Shown one piece after another: positions 31,705 through 40,102 of a stretch of DNA of 64,000 nucleotides (position 1 is the stretch's first letter; every line of letters begins with the position of its first letter). The notes under the pieces were generated by a model that saw only the letters and a program-made list of their open reading frames with translations, was not told the DNA's origin and ran no database searches. The translations under genes were made by a program, and so were the position numbers. The DNA lies in the NCBI GenBank assembly GCA_002688135.1, contig NZCD01000031.1:4544-68543 (forward strand), read 5' to 3'. Source of the stretch: Parcubacteria group bacterium. GTDB lineage: Bacteria > Patescibacteriota > Patescibacteriia > Magasanikbacterales > GCA-002688135.

Positions 31705-32721
31705 TCAGTAAAAAATGGCTTCGGTTATTAATCGGGTGTTTGCGATGTTGGGATGGGTTGGGTCATTGAATCCTTCTTCGGATCCTCCGAAGCTTTGAAC
31801 TTCAGAGAAATTATAGAAGCTTATGTTGTCTGGCATCTCATCTGTAAAGAAAGTAATCAACCGTTCCTCAATCGCAATCAAATCCGTATCTTCAATCAAT
31901 CGTGCGCGTGTGATGGATGGCATAGGCAATAATACCACTTTCACCTGAAAATTGTTATCAATCGAATATCTAGCAAGCGAACGAAACGCTTCAAGTCGTT
32001 CCCACTGCGGCTCCGAAACATTCTCAAACAATGCGAGTGCGCGATAATAATTATCATCAATCTTAGCCTCATCATAAGGTGAATCTTGTGTATCTTGCAT
32101 GCCATTTGGCAAAAAGCTCACACGATCAGTTGGGAATCCAGATGCATGGAAAAATACTGCACGAAACATGTCAGCAATGTATTGTGCATTCAATTTATCT
32201 TTCAATGTGCGAGGAGCACGCTTCCTTAAAGGAGTTGGCGGTTCAGCTAAATATTGTTTGAGGTATTTGTTATTCAAAAGTTGTGTCTCAATTGGGTCAT
32301 TATTGAAAGCACCTGCAGAAAAACCAATAATCAAAGTTTCAGGATGAGCAATTTGCTGTTCAGCCAAATAATGGATGATCGCGTCATGATCTTCGCTACG
32401 ACCATAAGAAACAGAAGCATTAAAAGCTCGTTTTCCTGTAAGCTCAAAAATCTGTGCAGGATCCATTGTAAATGTTCGAGATGATCCAAAAATCAAAATC
32501 TCTGGTTTCTCATCCAGTGATGTGATCATTTCCAATTTTTCAGATCTGTTGGTAAGTACAAGTGGTTCAACCAATCCTGTTCCAAAGTCTTCATGCGGAT
32601 CAATGAGAAATGCACCAGCTAGAACAAACAACGAGAAAACAAGAAATCCAGAAATCAGAAAAACAAAAAATTTGCCCTCTGCTGTTTTCAGTGCGGTTTT
32701 CCATCGCGAAAGGAATGACAT
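31705..32721 (-). CDS. Membrane-anchored protein upstream of MBOAT; possible DltD/AlgJ/PatB-like acyl-transfer partner
   Basis: N-terminal TM anchor (FFVFLISGFLVFSLFVLAGAFLI) and a large extracytoplasmic domain. Assigned only by position next to the MBOAT gene; the IFGSSRT block is weakly SGNH-like. Confidence 0.35.
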   Translation of the reverse strand: MSFLSRWKTALKTAEGKFFVFLISGFLVFSLFVLAGAFLIDPHEDFGTGLVEPLVLTNRSEKLEMITSLDEKPEILIFGSSRTFTMDPAQIFELTGKRAFNASVSYGRSEDHDAIIHYLAEQQIAHPETLIIGFSAGAFNNDPIETQLLNNKYLKQYLAEPPTPLRKRAPRTLKDKLNAQYIADMFRAVFFHASGFPTDRVSFLPNGMQDTQDSPYDEAKIDDNYYRALALFENVSEPQWERLEAFRSLARYSIDNNFQVKVVLLPMPSITRARLIEDTDLIAIEERLITFFTDEMPDNISFYNFSEVQSFGGSEEGFNDPTHPNIANTRLITEAIFY

Positions 32722-32817
32722 AGTGGGCTATTTTAGGCATATTCACCCTGCATGTCAAAAGGTTGCTTTTCGCACAATGTCATGATACGATACGAATCAA
32801 TAATTTCATATAAATCT

Positions 32818-33369
32818 ATGGAAAAACCAGCATACAAAACGCTATCAAAAGAGGTGTTTTTCAAAACGCCGTGGACGACATTCATGCACAATAAATTCGC
32901 CATGCCAAACGGCAAAGAGGGCAATTATTGGTATGTACACACAAAAGGATCATCATTTGTGATTCCAGTACTACAAGACGGACGAATCCTCTTGGGACAT
33001 CAATACAGATATCTCACAGACCGAATGTCATACGAATTTGCTGGCGGAAGTGTAAATGAAGATAAGACATATGAAGAAGCAGCACGACAAGAATTAGAAG
33101 AAGAGTTGGGATACACCGCACAAAACATAAAAGAGGTTGGCGAGTTTTGTCCGATGAATGGTGTAACAGATGAAATCTGCAAAGTGTACGTTGCGACAGG
33201 AATTGAAAAGACAGCACAAAATTTGGAAGAGACAGAACAGATCGAAGAACTCACATTTTCACCAGAAGAGTTTGATAGAATGATTGCAGAGGGAAAGATG
33301 GATGATGGCATGACACTGGCCGCTTGGGCACTCGCACGACCACATTTAGGAGTAACTTGTAAGGAATAA
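32818..33369 (+). CDS. Nudix hydrolase (sugar-nucleotide / ADP-ribose pyrophosphatase-like)
   Basis: Nudix box GGSVNEDKTYEEAARQELEEELG matches Gx5Ex7REUxEExGU. The track start (32752) was trimmed to the MEKPAYKTL ATG. Confidence 0.8.
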   Translation: MEKPAYKTLSKEVFFKTPWTTFMHNKFAMPNGKEGNYWYVHTKGSSFVIPVLQDGRILLGHQYRYLTDRMSYEFAGGSVNEDKTYEEAARQELEEELGYTAQNIKEVGEFCPMNGVTDEICKVYVATGIEKTAQNLEETEQIEELTFSPEEFDRMIAEGKMDDGMTLAAWALARPHLGVTCKE

Positions 33370-33380
33370 ATTATTAACCA

Positions 33381-33449
33381 TGTCATTCCGGCGAAGGCCG
33401 GAATCCATCTCGATAGTCAGCATGGATCCCGGCCTTCGCCGGGATGACA
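33381..33449. repeat. Family-C element, full palindrome variant (TGTCATTCCGGCGAAGGCCGGAATCC ... GGATCCCGGCCTTCGCCGGGATGACA)
   Basis: Inverted arms with 2 mismatches and a 17-nt spacer, between the Nudix and LbH genes. Confidence 0.8.
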
Positions 33450-33458
33450 AGAAAAAAT

Positions 33459-34172
33459 ATGCAAAACGAATTTGCAGCAGAACAATACTTCGACCTATCC
33501 GGCTACATGCACAAAGAGCTATTCGAAGGAACAGAATTTGTCTGGGAAGCATTTAACAACTCGGAAAAATATTTAGAAAAACTATTTTCAGAAACTCCTA
33601 AAGACCAATGGCACCAAGGAAACATTTCTGACCAAGCAATTATCAAAGGAGATGTGATTATTGCTAAAGATGCAAAGATTGAACCAACTGCATATATCGA
33701 AGGACCATGTTATATCGGGCCTCGTGCAATTGTTGGAACAGGAGCGTATATTCGTGGATTAACAATTCTAGGCGAACGATCAATCATCGGACATTGTACA
33801 GAAGCAAAAAATACAATCATGCTTGATTACGCATGCGCACCACACTTCAACTTCATCGGCGACTGCATCATGGGAGCACGATCAAACATCGGAGCAGGTG
33901 TGATTTTGGCAAACTTCAGATTAGACGCAAAAGAAGTGCCAGCTGGAAACACCACGACAGGAATGACAAAGTTTGGTGCAATTTTGGGTGACGACGTAAA
34001 AGTTGGATGTAACGCAGTTCTCGAACCAGGCATGTTTATTCAGAAGGATGCATGGGTTGGCCCAACACAATATCTACGACGAGGGGTATACAAAAAAGGA
34101 GAACGTCATGCAGATTTAATTCGATTTGAAAAGGAGATGTTGATGATAGCAAGGGAAAAAGAACTAGCGTAA
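33459..34172 (+). CDS. Left-handed beta-helix (hexapeptide-repeat) protein, acyl/nucleotidyl-transferase C-terminal-domain-like
   Basis: Hexapeptide repeats IGDCIMGARSNIGAGVILANFRLD and VKVGCNAVLEPGMFI. The track start (33444) is inside element C4, so the ATG at 33459 was chosen. Confidence 0.6.
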   Translation: MQNEFAAEQYFDLSGYMHKELFEGTEFVWEAFNNSEKYLEKLFSETPKDQWHQGNISDQAIIKGDVIIAKDAKIEPTAYIEGPCYIGPRAIVGTGAYIRGLTILGERSIIGHCTEAKNTIMLDYACAPHFNFIGDCIMGARSNIGAGVILANFRLDAKEVPAGNTTTGMTKFGAILGDDVKVGCNAVLEPGMFIQKDAWVGPTQYLRRGVYKKGERHADLIRFEKEMLMIAREKELA

Positions 34173-34269
34173 AAAAGCTAGGTGTAAGGTTTTAGGTGTA
34201 AGGTGTAAGCAAAAAAATCGCGAAGCGATCCTTAAACCTCAAACCTAAAACCTTACACCTAAATCCAAT

Positions 34270-34914
34270 ATGCACACAAAAGAACAACTCGAAGAAATCT
34301 ACGAACAAGTCCCGGCAACATACTGGGACGATTCGTATGCTAACAATCGAATGCAGAAACTGTATTATGATATGCGATTCAAACATGTGAATCGTATGCT
34401 CGCAGACGTTCCAGAAGCGGGAAGAGTTTTGGATGTTGGATGCTCATCAGGATTTTCGTTGAGCCACTACTCCAAGGCGCGCCCTGATATTCATTATGCT
34501 GGAGCAGATGTTGCGGAACATCATATTGCATATGCAAAACAAGAGCGTCCGCAGTTTACATTTGCGCATGCTCCAGCAGAAGCTCTACCATTTGAGGAAA
34601 ACACATTCGACGCAGTCACGATGCTGGATGTAATAGAGCATGTTGTTGATTTGGATAAAACTCTTTCAGAAGTAAAACGTGTATTAAAACCAGGAGGAAG
34701 TTTCATTGTATTTGTTGTTGAAGAACATCATGTGGTATTCCAAGTGATTTGGTGGTTCTGGTTAAAAACAAAAGGAAAAGTTTGGGAGGAAGCACATTTG
34801 CGAGATTATGATAAGAAGAGTTTGATTGCTGATTTGGAAAAAGCTGGATTTACAATTGATGAATTTAAAAGATCGCATGGGACGACATGTCTCATTGTGA
34901 AGGCAATATGTTGA
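34270..34914 (+). CDS. Class-I SAM-dependent methyltransferase
   Basis: VLDVGCSSGFS (motif I) and LKPGGSFIVFV. Confidence 0.75.
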   Translation: MHTKEQLEEIYEQVPATYWDDSYANNRMQKLYYDMRFKHVNRMLADVPEAGRVLDVGCSSGFSLSHYSKARPDIHYAGADVAEHHIAYAKQERPQFTFAHAPAEALPFEENTFDAVTMLDVIEHVVDLDKTLSEVKRVLKPGGSFIVFVVEEHHVVFQVIWWFWLKTKGKVWEEAHLRDYDKKSLIADLEKAGFTIDEFKRSHGTTCLIVKAIC

Positions 34915-37517
34915 CGATCGTCATTCCTTGTTACAACGAAGAAGATAATATTCCAGGATTAAAGACCATTCTAGAACCAGAGCTCAAAGCTCTGGATCTT
35001 GATTATGAGATTGTGGCGATCGATGACGGAAGCATAGATAGTACGCAGGCACGCTTATATGAAAGTGATGTAGAAAATTTACGAGTCGTTCAGCATTTCA
35101 AAAATGGGGGAGTCGGCGCTGCAATCAGAACAGGAATTGCACACGCGCAAGGAGATCAAATTGTATTGCTGGATTCTGACATGACATTTCATCCAAAGTA
35201 TATTAAAGATTTAAAAGAGAGATACGACCAAGGTGATGTAGAAGCTGTGATAGGATCGCATGGGTTGGCTGGATATGCAGATGACATTCCAAAATGGCGT
35301 GTAGGGGTAAGCAAGGCAGCGAATCTTGCATACTCGCTTGCGGCTGGAACACGAGTCCATGGAATAAGTTCCATTTTCAGAATAATGGATGCAGAAGCAG
35401 CAAGACGAGTAAAACTCGAAACAACAAGTTTTGATACTCCAACAGAATTATTTTTCAAAATGCATTTCGATGGATCACGATATGTGGAAATCCCAACACC
35501 AATCGGCAATCGTGAATTCGGATCATCAAAATTAGATTACAAAAAAGAAATCCCTCGCCACATGAAATTACTTTCGAGAGTATTTGGGTGGCGACTCAAG
35601 TCTAAAAAAAAAGCGATAAGTGCCAAAGGCACTTGTCGTCCCGGCGAAGGCCGGGATCCAGTGAGGAAACCACATAAGCTTGCATGGCTGGTAGCGCTCG
35701 CAATTGTTGCGCTCTATGCACTCCCACACGTTCTCATCCCTCAATGGCAAGCAGCTGCTGGAATTGAAGGATATCACCCATACTCGCTAAATGTTCCTAT
35801 ATTAGATGACGTAGCAGCATACGGAACAAGAATGCGCGAGGTGTTTGATGGACACATCGCGGACGGAGATGCATATCTCGCAGAATATAAAAATCATGAC
35901 ACAGCTTGGGGAAATATCGCACTAGCTTTTATATTAGGATTACCTGGACTGATCTTAGGATTAACTGATCCCACAAACTTATTCCTATTTTATTCAGTCA
36001 TATTTCCAGCCCTAGCTTTTTTCGTACTATACAAACTCTCATACAAAATACTCGGAAAGCGAGAAATTCCAGCGGTACTGCTCGCACTTGTCACAACGAT
36101 ATTCCCCAACATCCTCATTGCAATCCGCGCAGGATTATCTAACCCTTCGCTCTTCCACCCATTTCAATTTGTCGCCACCGCATTTGATCCAGCACTCACC
36201 CGAAGCTTCATACCATCACCAGGAATAATAATTTGGTTTGGATTCATGTATATGCTGTATCGTGTGGTGGTCGAAAAAAGAAAACAAGATATCATGAAGG
36301 CAGGCCTGCTCTTAGGCGCGCTATTTTATGTCTACTTCTACTATGCTGCATTTGCAGCATTCACAACAATCATAATCACCGCACTACTGTATTTCAGAAA
36401 ACGAGCGCATGAAACAATGTTGGTGGGCATAACCGGTCTTATTGTCGCATTACCATATTTCATCAAAACATTTAGTTTACAGGCACAACCATACTATCAC
36501 GCAATGTCAGAGCGAGTTGGGTTAGTATTCGGAAGAACATTTGATCAGTCATCTTACAAAACCATTCTCATCACATTATTTGTGATTGCTATCGCCGGTA
36601 TTGTCATCAAAAACAAAAATAAAGTAACGTTTCTTGCAGGAGCTTTATTGCCAATTGGAATCGTATTAAATCTTCAATTGTTACTCGGATTCAACCCACA
36701 ACCAGATCATTGGGGATCTCGCGTAAACGTTTACATGCTTGTCTGGACAATTGGTGTCGTTACATACGCTATCTACCACAAAATAAAACCAGATAAGAAT
36801 TGGAAAAAAGCGGAGCGACTTTCCATGCTTGCGGTGATCTTACTATTGTTGGGAAGTGCATTTCACATACATCTCAACGAAAGAAAAGTAACTGCAGCTC
36901 GCTATACAATCGCGCCAGATATTCAGGAATCATTTGCATGGATCAATGAGAATGTAGATAAAGATAGCGTGATAATCTCACCATCAACCAGAACAAGTAC
37001 CTACACACCATTCTTCACACATGCAAATGTATATGTACCCCTCGCATGCTACACCGTCGCAGATCACGATGAAGTTATAGAAAGATACAACTACACTCGT
37101 CATCTATTTCGCGTGACACAGGAAATGACAAACAACACTCTCAAAGGTTCATACAACGAGTTCGAAAATCCGGTGCGTGCAATTGATTTGGATAATATTT
37201 ATACGGTATTTTGTGATACATTAAGAACACGCTACGGAAAGGACTACACAAATTCAGGAAGTGAAAGAGTATTGCCAGAAAAAGAAGAGAAGCAAATTCA
37301 GGATAGCTACGACAGTATACAGCTTTCAGGAATAGTAAAGCTCCCACATCAAGCAAACTACATCTATAATGGCCCGCATGAAAAATTCCTGGGAAATTTC
37401 AATCCAGATGAATGGGATAACATCGAACAAGTATATAGCGAAGGCCAAGTAGACATCTATAAAATCCTGGATCCCGCCGAAGTTTATGCTGGCGACAGCG
37501 AGGCAGTGCGGGAATGA
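34887..37517 (+). CDS. GT2 glycosyltransferase (DPM1-like) fused to a large polytopic membrane domain with a C-terminal extracytoplasmic domain
   Basis: N-terminal LTIVIPCYNEEDNI, VAIDDGSIDST and LDSDMT. After aa ~250 the linker AISAKGTCRPGEGRDPV is encoded by a family-C half element. About 13 TM helices and a ~250-aa soluble tail follow. The membrane part is paralogous to the 42373 protein. The start may instead be 34908 (MLTIVIP). Confidence 0.65.
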   Translation: MSHCEGNMLTIVIPCYNEEDNIPGLKTILEPELKALDLDYEIVAIDDGSIDSTQARLYESDVENLRVVQHFKNGGVGAAIRTGIAHAQGDQIVLLDSDMTFHPKYIKDLKERYDQGDVEAVIGSHGLAGYADDIPKWRVGVSKAANLAYSLAAGTRVHGISSIFRIMDAEAARRVKLETTSFDTPTELFFKMHFDGSRYVEIPTPIGNREFGSSKLDYKKEIPRHMKLLSRVFGWRLKSKKKAISAKGTCRPGEGRDPVRKPHKLAWLVALAIVALYALPHVLIPQWQAAAGIEGYHPYSLNVPILDDVAAYGTRMREVFDGHIADGDAYLAEYKNHDTAWGNIALAFILGLPGLILGLTDPTNLFLFYSVIFPALAFFVLYKLSYKILGKREIPAVLLALVTTIFPNILIAIRAGLSNPSLFHPFQFVATAFDPALTRSFIPSPGIIIWFGFMYMLYRVVVEKRKQDIMKAGLLLGALFYVYFYYAAFAAFTTIIITALLYFRKRAHETMLVGITGLIVALPYFIKTFSLQAQPYYHAMSERVGLVFGRTFDQSSYKTILITLFVIAIAGIVIKNKNKVTFLAGALLPIGIVLNLQLLLGFNPQPDHWGSRVNVYMLVWTIGVVTYAIYHKIKPDKNWKKAERLSMLAVILLLLGSAFHIHLNERKVTAARYTIAPDIQESFAWINENVDKDSVIISPSTRTSTYTPFFTHANVYVPLACYTVADHDEVIERYNYTRHLFRVTQEMTNNTLKGSYNEFENPVRAIDLDNIYTVFCDTLRTRYGKDYTNSGSERVLPEKEEKQIQDSYDSIQLSGIVKLPHQANYIYNGPHEKFLGNFNPDEWDNIEQVYSEGQVDIYKILDPAEVYAGDSEAVRE
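35634..35659. repeat. Family-C half element (TTGTCGTCCCGGCGAAGGCCGGGATCC) lying in-frame inside a CDS
   Basis: Exact GGCGAAGGCCGGGATCC core at the GT2/membrane domain junction of the 34887..37517 ORF. Confidence 0.65.
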
Positions 37518-37520
37518 CAT

Positions 37521-38480
37521 ATGAAAAAAGTCGCACTCAACGTAAATTTTGATTCCCTATATTTTCCACTTTCAATAGATCGGAAAAGAAATTTAGATCC
37601 AACATTTTTTAAAGTTGCAGATAGATTTTTTGAGATGGCAAAAAAATATGACTTCAAGTTTTCCATTTATGTGATTGGAAGGGATTTGGAAAATGAGCGT
37701 GTTGCAGATCAAGTAAAAAAATGGCACGAGGCTGGACATGAAATCGGAAATCATTCTTGGACACATCACGGAAATCTCGGCGCAACAGAACCACAAAAAC
37801 AAAAAGATGAAATTATGCGAACGCATGAAAGAATTACAGAAGTGATTGGAGAAGAACCGAAAGGATACATTTCACCAACATGGAGCATGAGCCCCACATC
37901 AATTCAGACATTATTAGATTTGGGATACATATACGATACTTCTGCATTTCCATCACCAGTTATGTTGGCAGCAATTGCCAAGTTAAAATTCAATTCAAGA
38001 ACAGACCAAAAATTCGATGCAAACTTCATGTCACGAAATGACAAACGAGTATTATTATATGGAACAAGAAAACCATACTTGATAAGACCAGAAAAACTAC
38101 ACAAACCAAACACAGAAGGATTGCTCATGCTGCCAGTCCCAACTGTCACACCGATGCGGCTCCCAGTCTGGCATACCATGGCATTCATGTGGCCTTTAAA
38201 AATTCATCTCTGGGCGCTCAAACAAGCAATGAAAAAAGATGGATTCTACTACATCATGCATCCTGCTGATATTGCGAATTATGAAGAAGATTTTGATCCT
38301 GCTATTGTAAAAGAGTATAAAGACGAGCTCGCAGTATTTGAAAGAATGTCAGACACCATCGAAAAGAAAATGTATCTATTCGAATCTGCAATCAAAACAA
38401 TGTCGACAAACGCAAAACTGGTAACTGTTCGTGAGGTAGCTGAAGACATCCTAAAAGAAAAAAAATATGCACAAGGATAA
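37521..38480 (+). CDS. Polysaccharide deacetylase (CE4 / NodB-homology)-like protein
   Basis: HEIGNHSWTHH matches the CE4 motif-2 (H-S/T-x-x-H) zinc ligands. The other motifs are divergent. Confidence 0.45.
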   Translation: MKKVALNVNFDSLYFPLSIDRKRNLDPTFFKVADRFFEMAKKYDFKFSIYVIGRDLENERVADQVKKWHEAGHEIGNHSWTHHGNLGATEPQKQKDEIMRTHERITEVIGEEPKGYISPTWSMSPTSIQTLLDLGYIYDTSAFPSPVMLAAIAKLKFNSRTDQKFDANFMSRNDKRVLLYGTRKPYLIRPEKLHKPNTEGLLMLPVPTVTPMRLPVWHTMAFMWPLKIHLWALKQAMKKDGFYYIMHPADIANYEEDFDPAIVKEYKDELAVFERMSDTIEKKMYLFESAIKTMSTNAKLVTVREVAEDILKEKKYAQG

Positions 38481-39243
38481 ACTTCGCATAGCAATCTTCA
38501 CAGAACAAGACTACGCATTTCTATTTCCCGCATGGAAAAAGTTTTTAGATTCAGAAGAAAGCTATCAGGTGGTCGGAATTTTCGTATTTCCTAATTTGCT
38601 CGGCAAACACAAAGGGCTACAGGTCCCACTTTACTATCTCAAAACATTTGGAATTATCACGGTATTGAAATTAATTTGGATTACAACGGTCGCAACATTC
38701 AAGCGATATTTCACCGATGGCCCACATTCATACAAAGATCTCGCACATAGACATTCAGCTGCATTTGAAAAACATTCAAATCCAAATAAACAAAATGTCA
38801 TAGATCGAATGAAAGAGCTCGACGTTGATATTATACTTTCAACTTGCGGCTATATTTTCAAAAAGAAAATTCTCGAAGCCCCAAAAATCGGAGTGATAAA
38901 TAAGCACGCGGGACCACTCCCATCTTACAGAGGATTGATGCCGGTTTTCTGGACACTACTTGAAGCAAAACAAAAGGTAGGTGTAACAATTCATTTTATG
39001 GATGAAAAGATTGATAAAGGAACTATGATTCTTCAGCACAACTACAAACAGGATTTTAAAACGGTTGAAGAAGCCTACACGCAAGTATACAAAGATTTCC
39101 CGAAGATGATGTGGGACGCGCTGGACATCGTGCAAGCCGGTGGACCATATCCAAAATACCCAGAACGCGATCAATCCTACTTCTCACTCCCAACCCGAAA
39201 CGACAACAAATGGCTTAAAAAGCAGGGTAAACGCTTTATTTAG
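38467..39243 (+). CDS. Formyltransferase (Fmt/ArnA-N/PurN fold); likely sugar N-formyltransferase
   Basis: INKHAGPLPSYRGLMPVFWTLLE...GVTIHFMDEKIDKGTMILQ matches the N10-formyl-THF transferase catalytic core (N..H..SLLP.G....W.....G.T.H..D...D.G.I..Q). Overlaps the upstream gene. Confidence 0.8.
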   Translation: MHKDKLRIAIFTEQDYAFLFPAWKKFLDSEESYQVVGIFVFPNLLGKHKGLQVPLYYLKTFGIITVLKLIWITTVATFKRYFTDGPHSYKDLAHRHSAAFEKHSNPNKQNVIDRMKELDVDIILSTCGYIFKKKILEAPKIGVINKHAGPLPSYRGLMPVFWTLLEAKQKVGVTIHFMDEKIDKGTMILQHNYKQDFKTVEEAYTQVYKDFPKMMWDALDIVQAGGPYPKYPERDQSYFSLPTRNDNKWLKKQGKRFI

Positions 39244-39250
39244 CAAGAAA

Positions 39251-39280
39251 AATCCACTACGATATATGTGGGTTTTTTGA
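39251..39280 (+). terminator. Weak terminator-like hairpin followed by a T6 run
   Basis: CCAC...GTGG short stem and then TTTTTT, straight after the stop at 39243. Confidence 0.35.
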
Positions 39281-39309
39281 TTGACATTTTAGCCACAGAT
39301 GCTTATACT
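39281..39309 (+). promoter_or_regulatory. Consensus sigma70 promoter TTGACA - 17 nt - TATACT (TGcT-extended)
   Basis: Perfect -35 at 39281-39286, 17-nt spacer, and -10 TATACT at 39304-39309 preceded by GATGCT. Confidence 0.6.
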
Positions 39310-39480
39310 CTGAAGAATCTAGTAAGGAAATAACGTTCGGTAGATTAGGTTGATATTGGTCTTCAGTGCTGTGCATAAGCGAGAAGGCGATGTATGCGCA
39401 TCGCCGACGAGCTTTAAGCAGTACTGAAGAGGAAGAGCATCCTAAGATACCAACTTTATTTCCTTAATAGATTCTAGATT
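39310..39480 (+). promoter_or_regulatory. ~170-nt structured 5' leader (candidate cis-regulatory RNA) ahead of the methyltransferase gene
   Basis: CTTCAGTGCTG (39361-39371) pairs with CAGTACTGAAG (39419-39429) and encloses the GGCGATG-tatgcg-CATCGCC hairpin. No CDS; no tRNA-like features. Confidence 0.3.
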
Positions 39481-40101
39481 ATGCAAGACGCGATTCAAGT
39501 GCCAAAAAGCCATTATGACATGAAATATGACCACAAAGCGCGGTGGTTGTCGTATTGGTATCAGATTCAATTGGTGATGAGTTTCAAGCCTGAAACTGTG
39601 CTTGAGGTTGGCTTAGGAAATGCACTTGTGAGAAACTATTTAGTGAGGCAGGGGGTGCGTGTGACTACAATTGACATTGATGAAGAATTGCATCCAGATA
39701 TTCTTGGATCAGCCACAGACATTCCAGCAGGAGATAATACATATGATGTTGTGCTTGCAGGACAGATCATCGAGCATCTCCCATACGAAGACGCAAAAAA
39801 AGCAATGCGAGAAATTCATCGAGTTTGCGCAAAGGGTGCGATGATTTCAGTTCCGGATTCACGAAAGACATTATTCAAAGCAGGATTCCACATTCCAAAA
39901 ATTGGATGGAAAGATTTGTTTGTGAAAATCCCATCAGGAAAAGTTCATGAGTTTGATGGACAACATTATTGGGAAATAGGAAAGCGTGGGCATTCACTCA
40001 AAAAAGTTCGAAAGGATTTAGGAGATGCTGGCTTCACTATCGAATCAGACATGGTTCCAGCAGACGTTCCAACCAAACATTTTTTCAGATTGGAGAAGTA
40101 A
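39481..40101 (+). CDS. Class-I SAM-dependent methyltransferase
   Basis: LEVGLGNALV (glycine-rich motif I), DVVLAGQIIEHL and MREIHRVCAKGAMISVP blocks. Confidence 0.6.
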   Translation: MQDAIQVPKSHYDMKYDHKARWLSYWYQIQLVMSFKPETVLEVGLGNALVRNYLVRQGVRVTTIDIDEELHPDILGSATDIPAGDNTYDVVLAGQIIEHLPYEDAKKAMREIHRVCAKGAMISVPDSRKTLFKAGFHIPKIGWKDLFVKIPSGKVHEFDGQHYWEIGKRGHSLKKVRKDLGDAGFTIESDMVPADVPTKHFFRLEK

Positions 40102-40102
40102 T

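Noticed and set aside
31542-31769. 75-aa ORF (and the mirror ORF at 33346..33552 on the minus strand) encoding ...SSRRRPGSM...DPGLRRDD...
   Set aside because: Both are read straight through perfect palindromic family-C elements. The same peptide strings recur wherever the element occurs, so they are repeat artefacts and not genes.
39310-39480. tRNA or other small RNA gene in the long intergenic region
   Set aside because: No cloverleaf is evident: no GTTC/TTCGA T-loop and no acceptor-stem complementarity. It is better explained as a structured mRNA leader.
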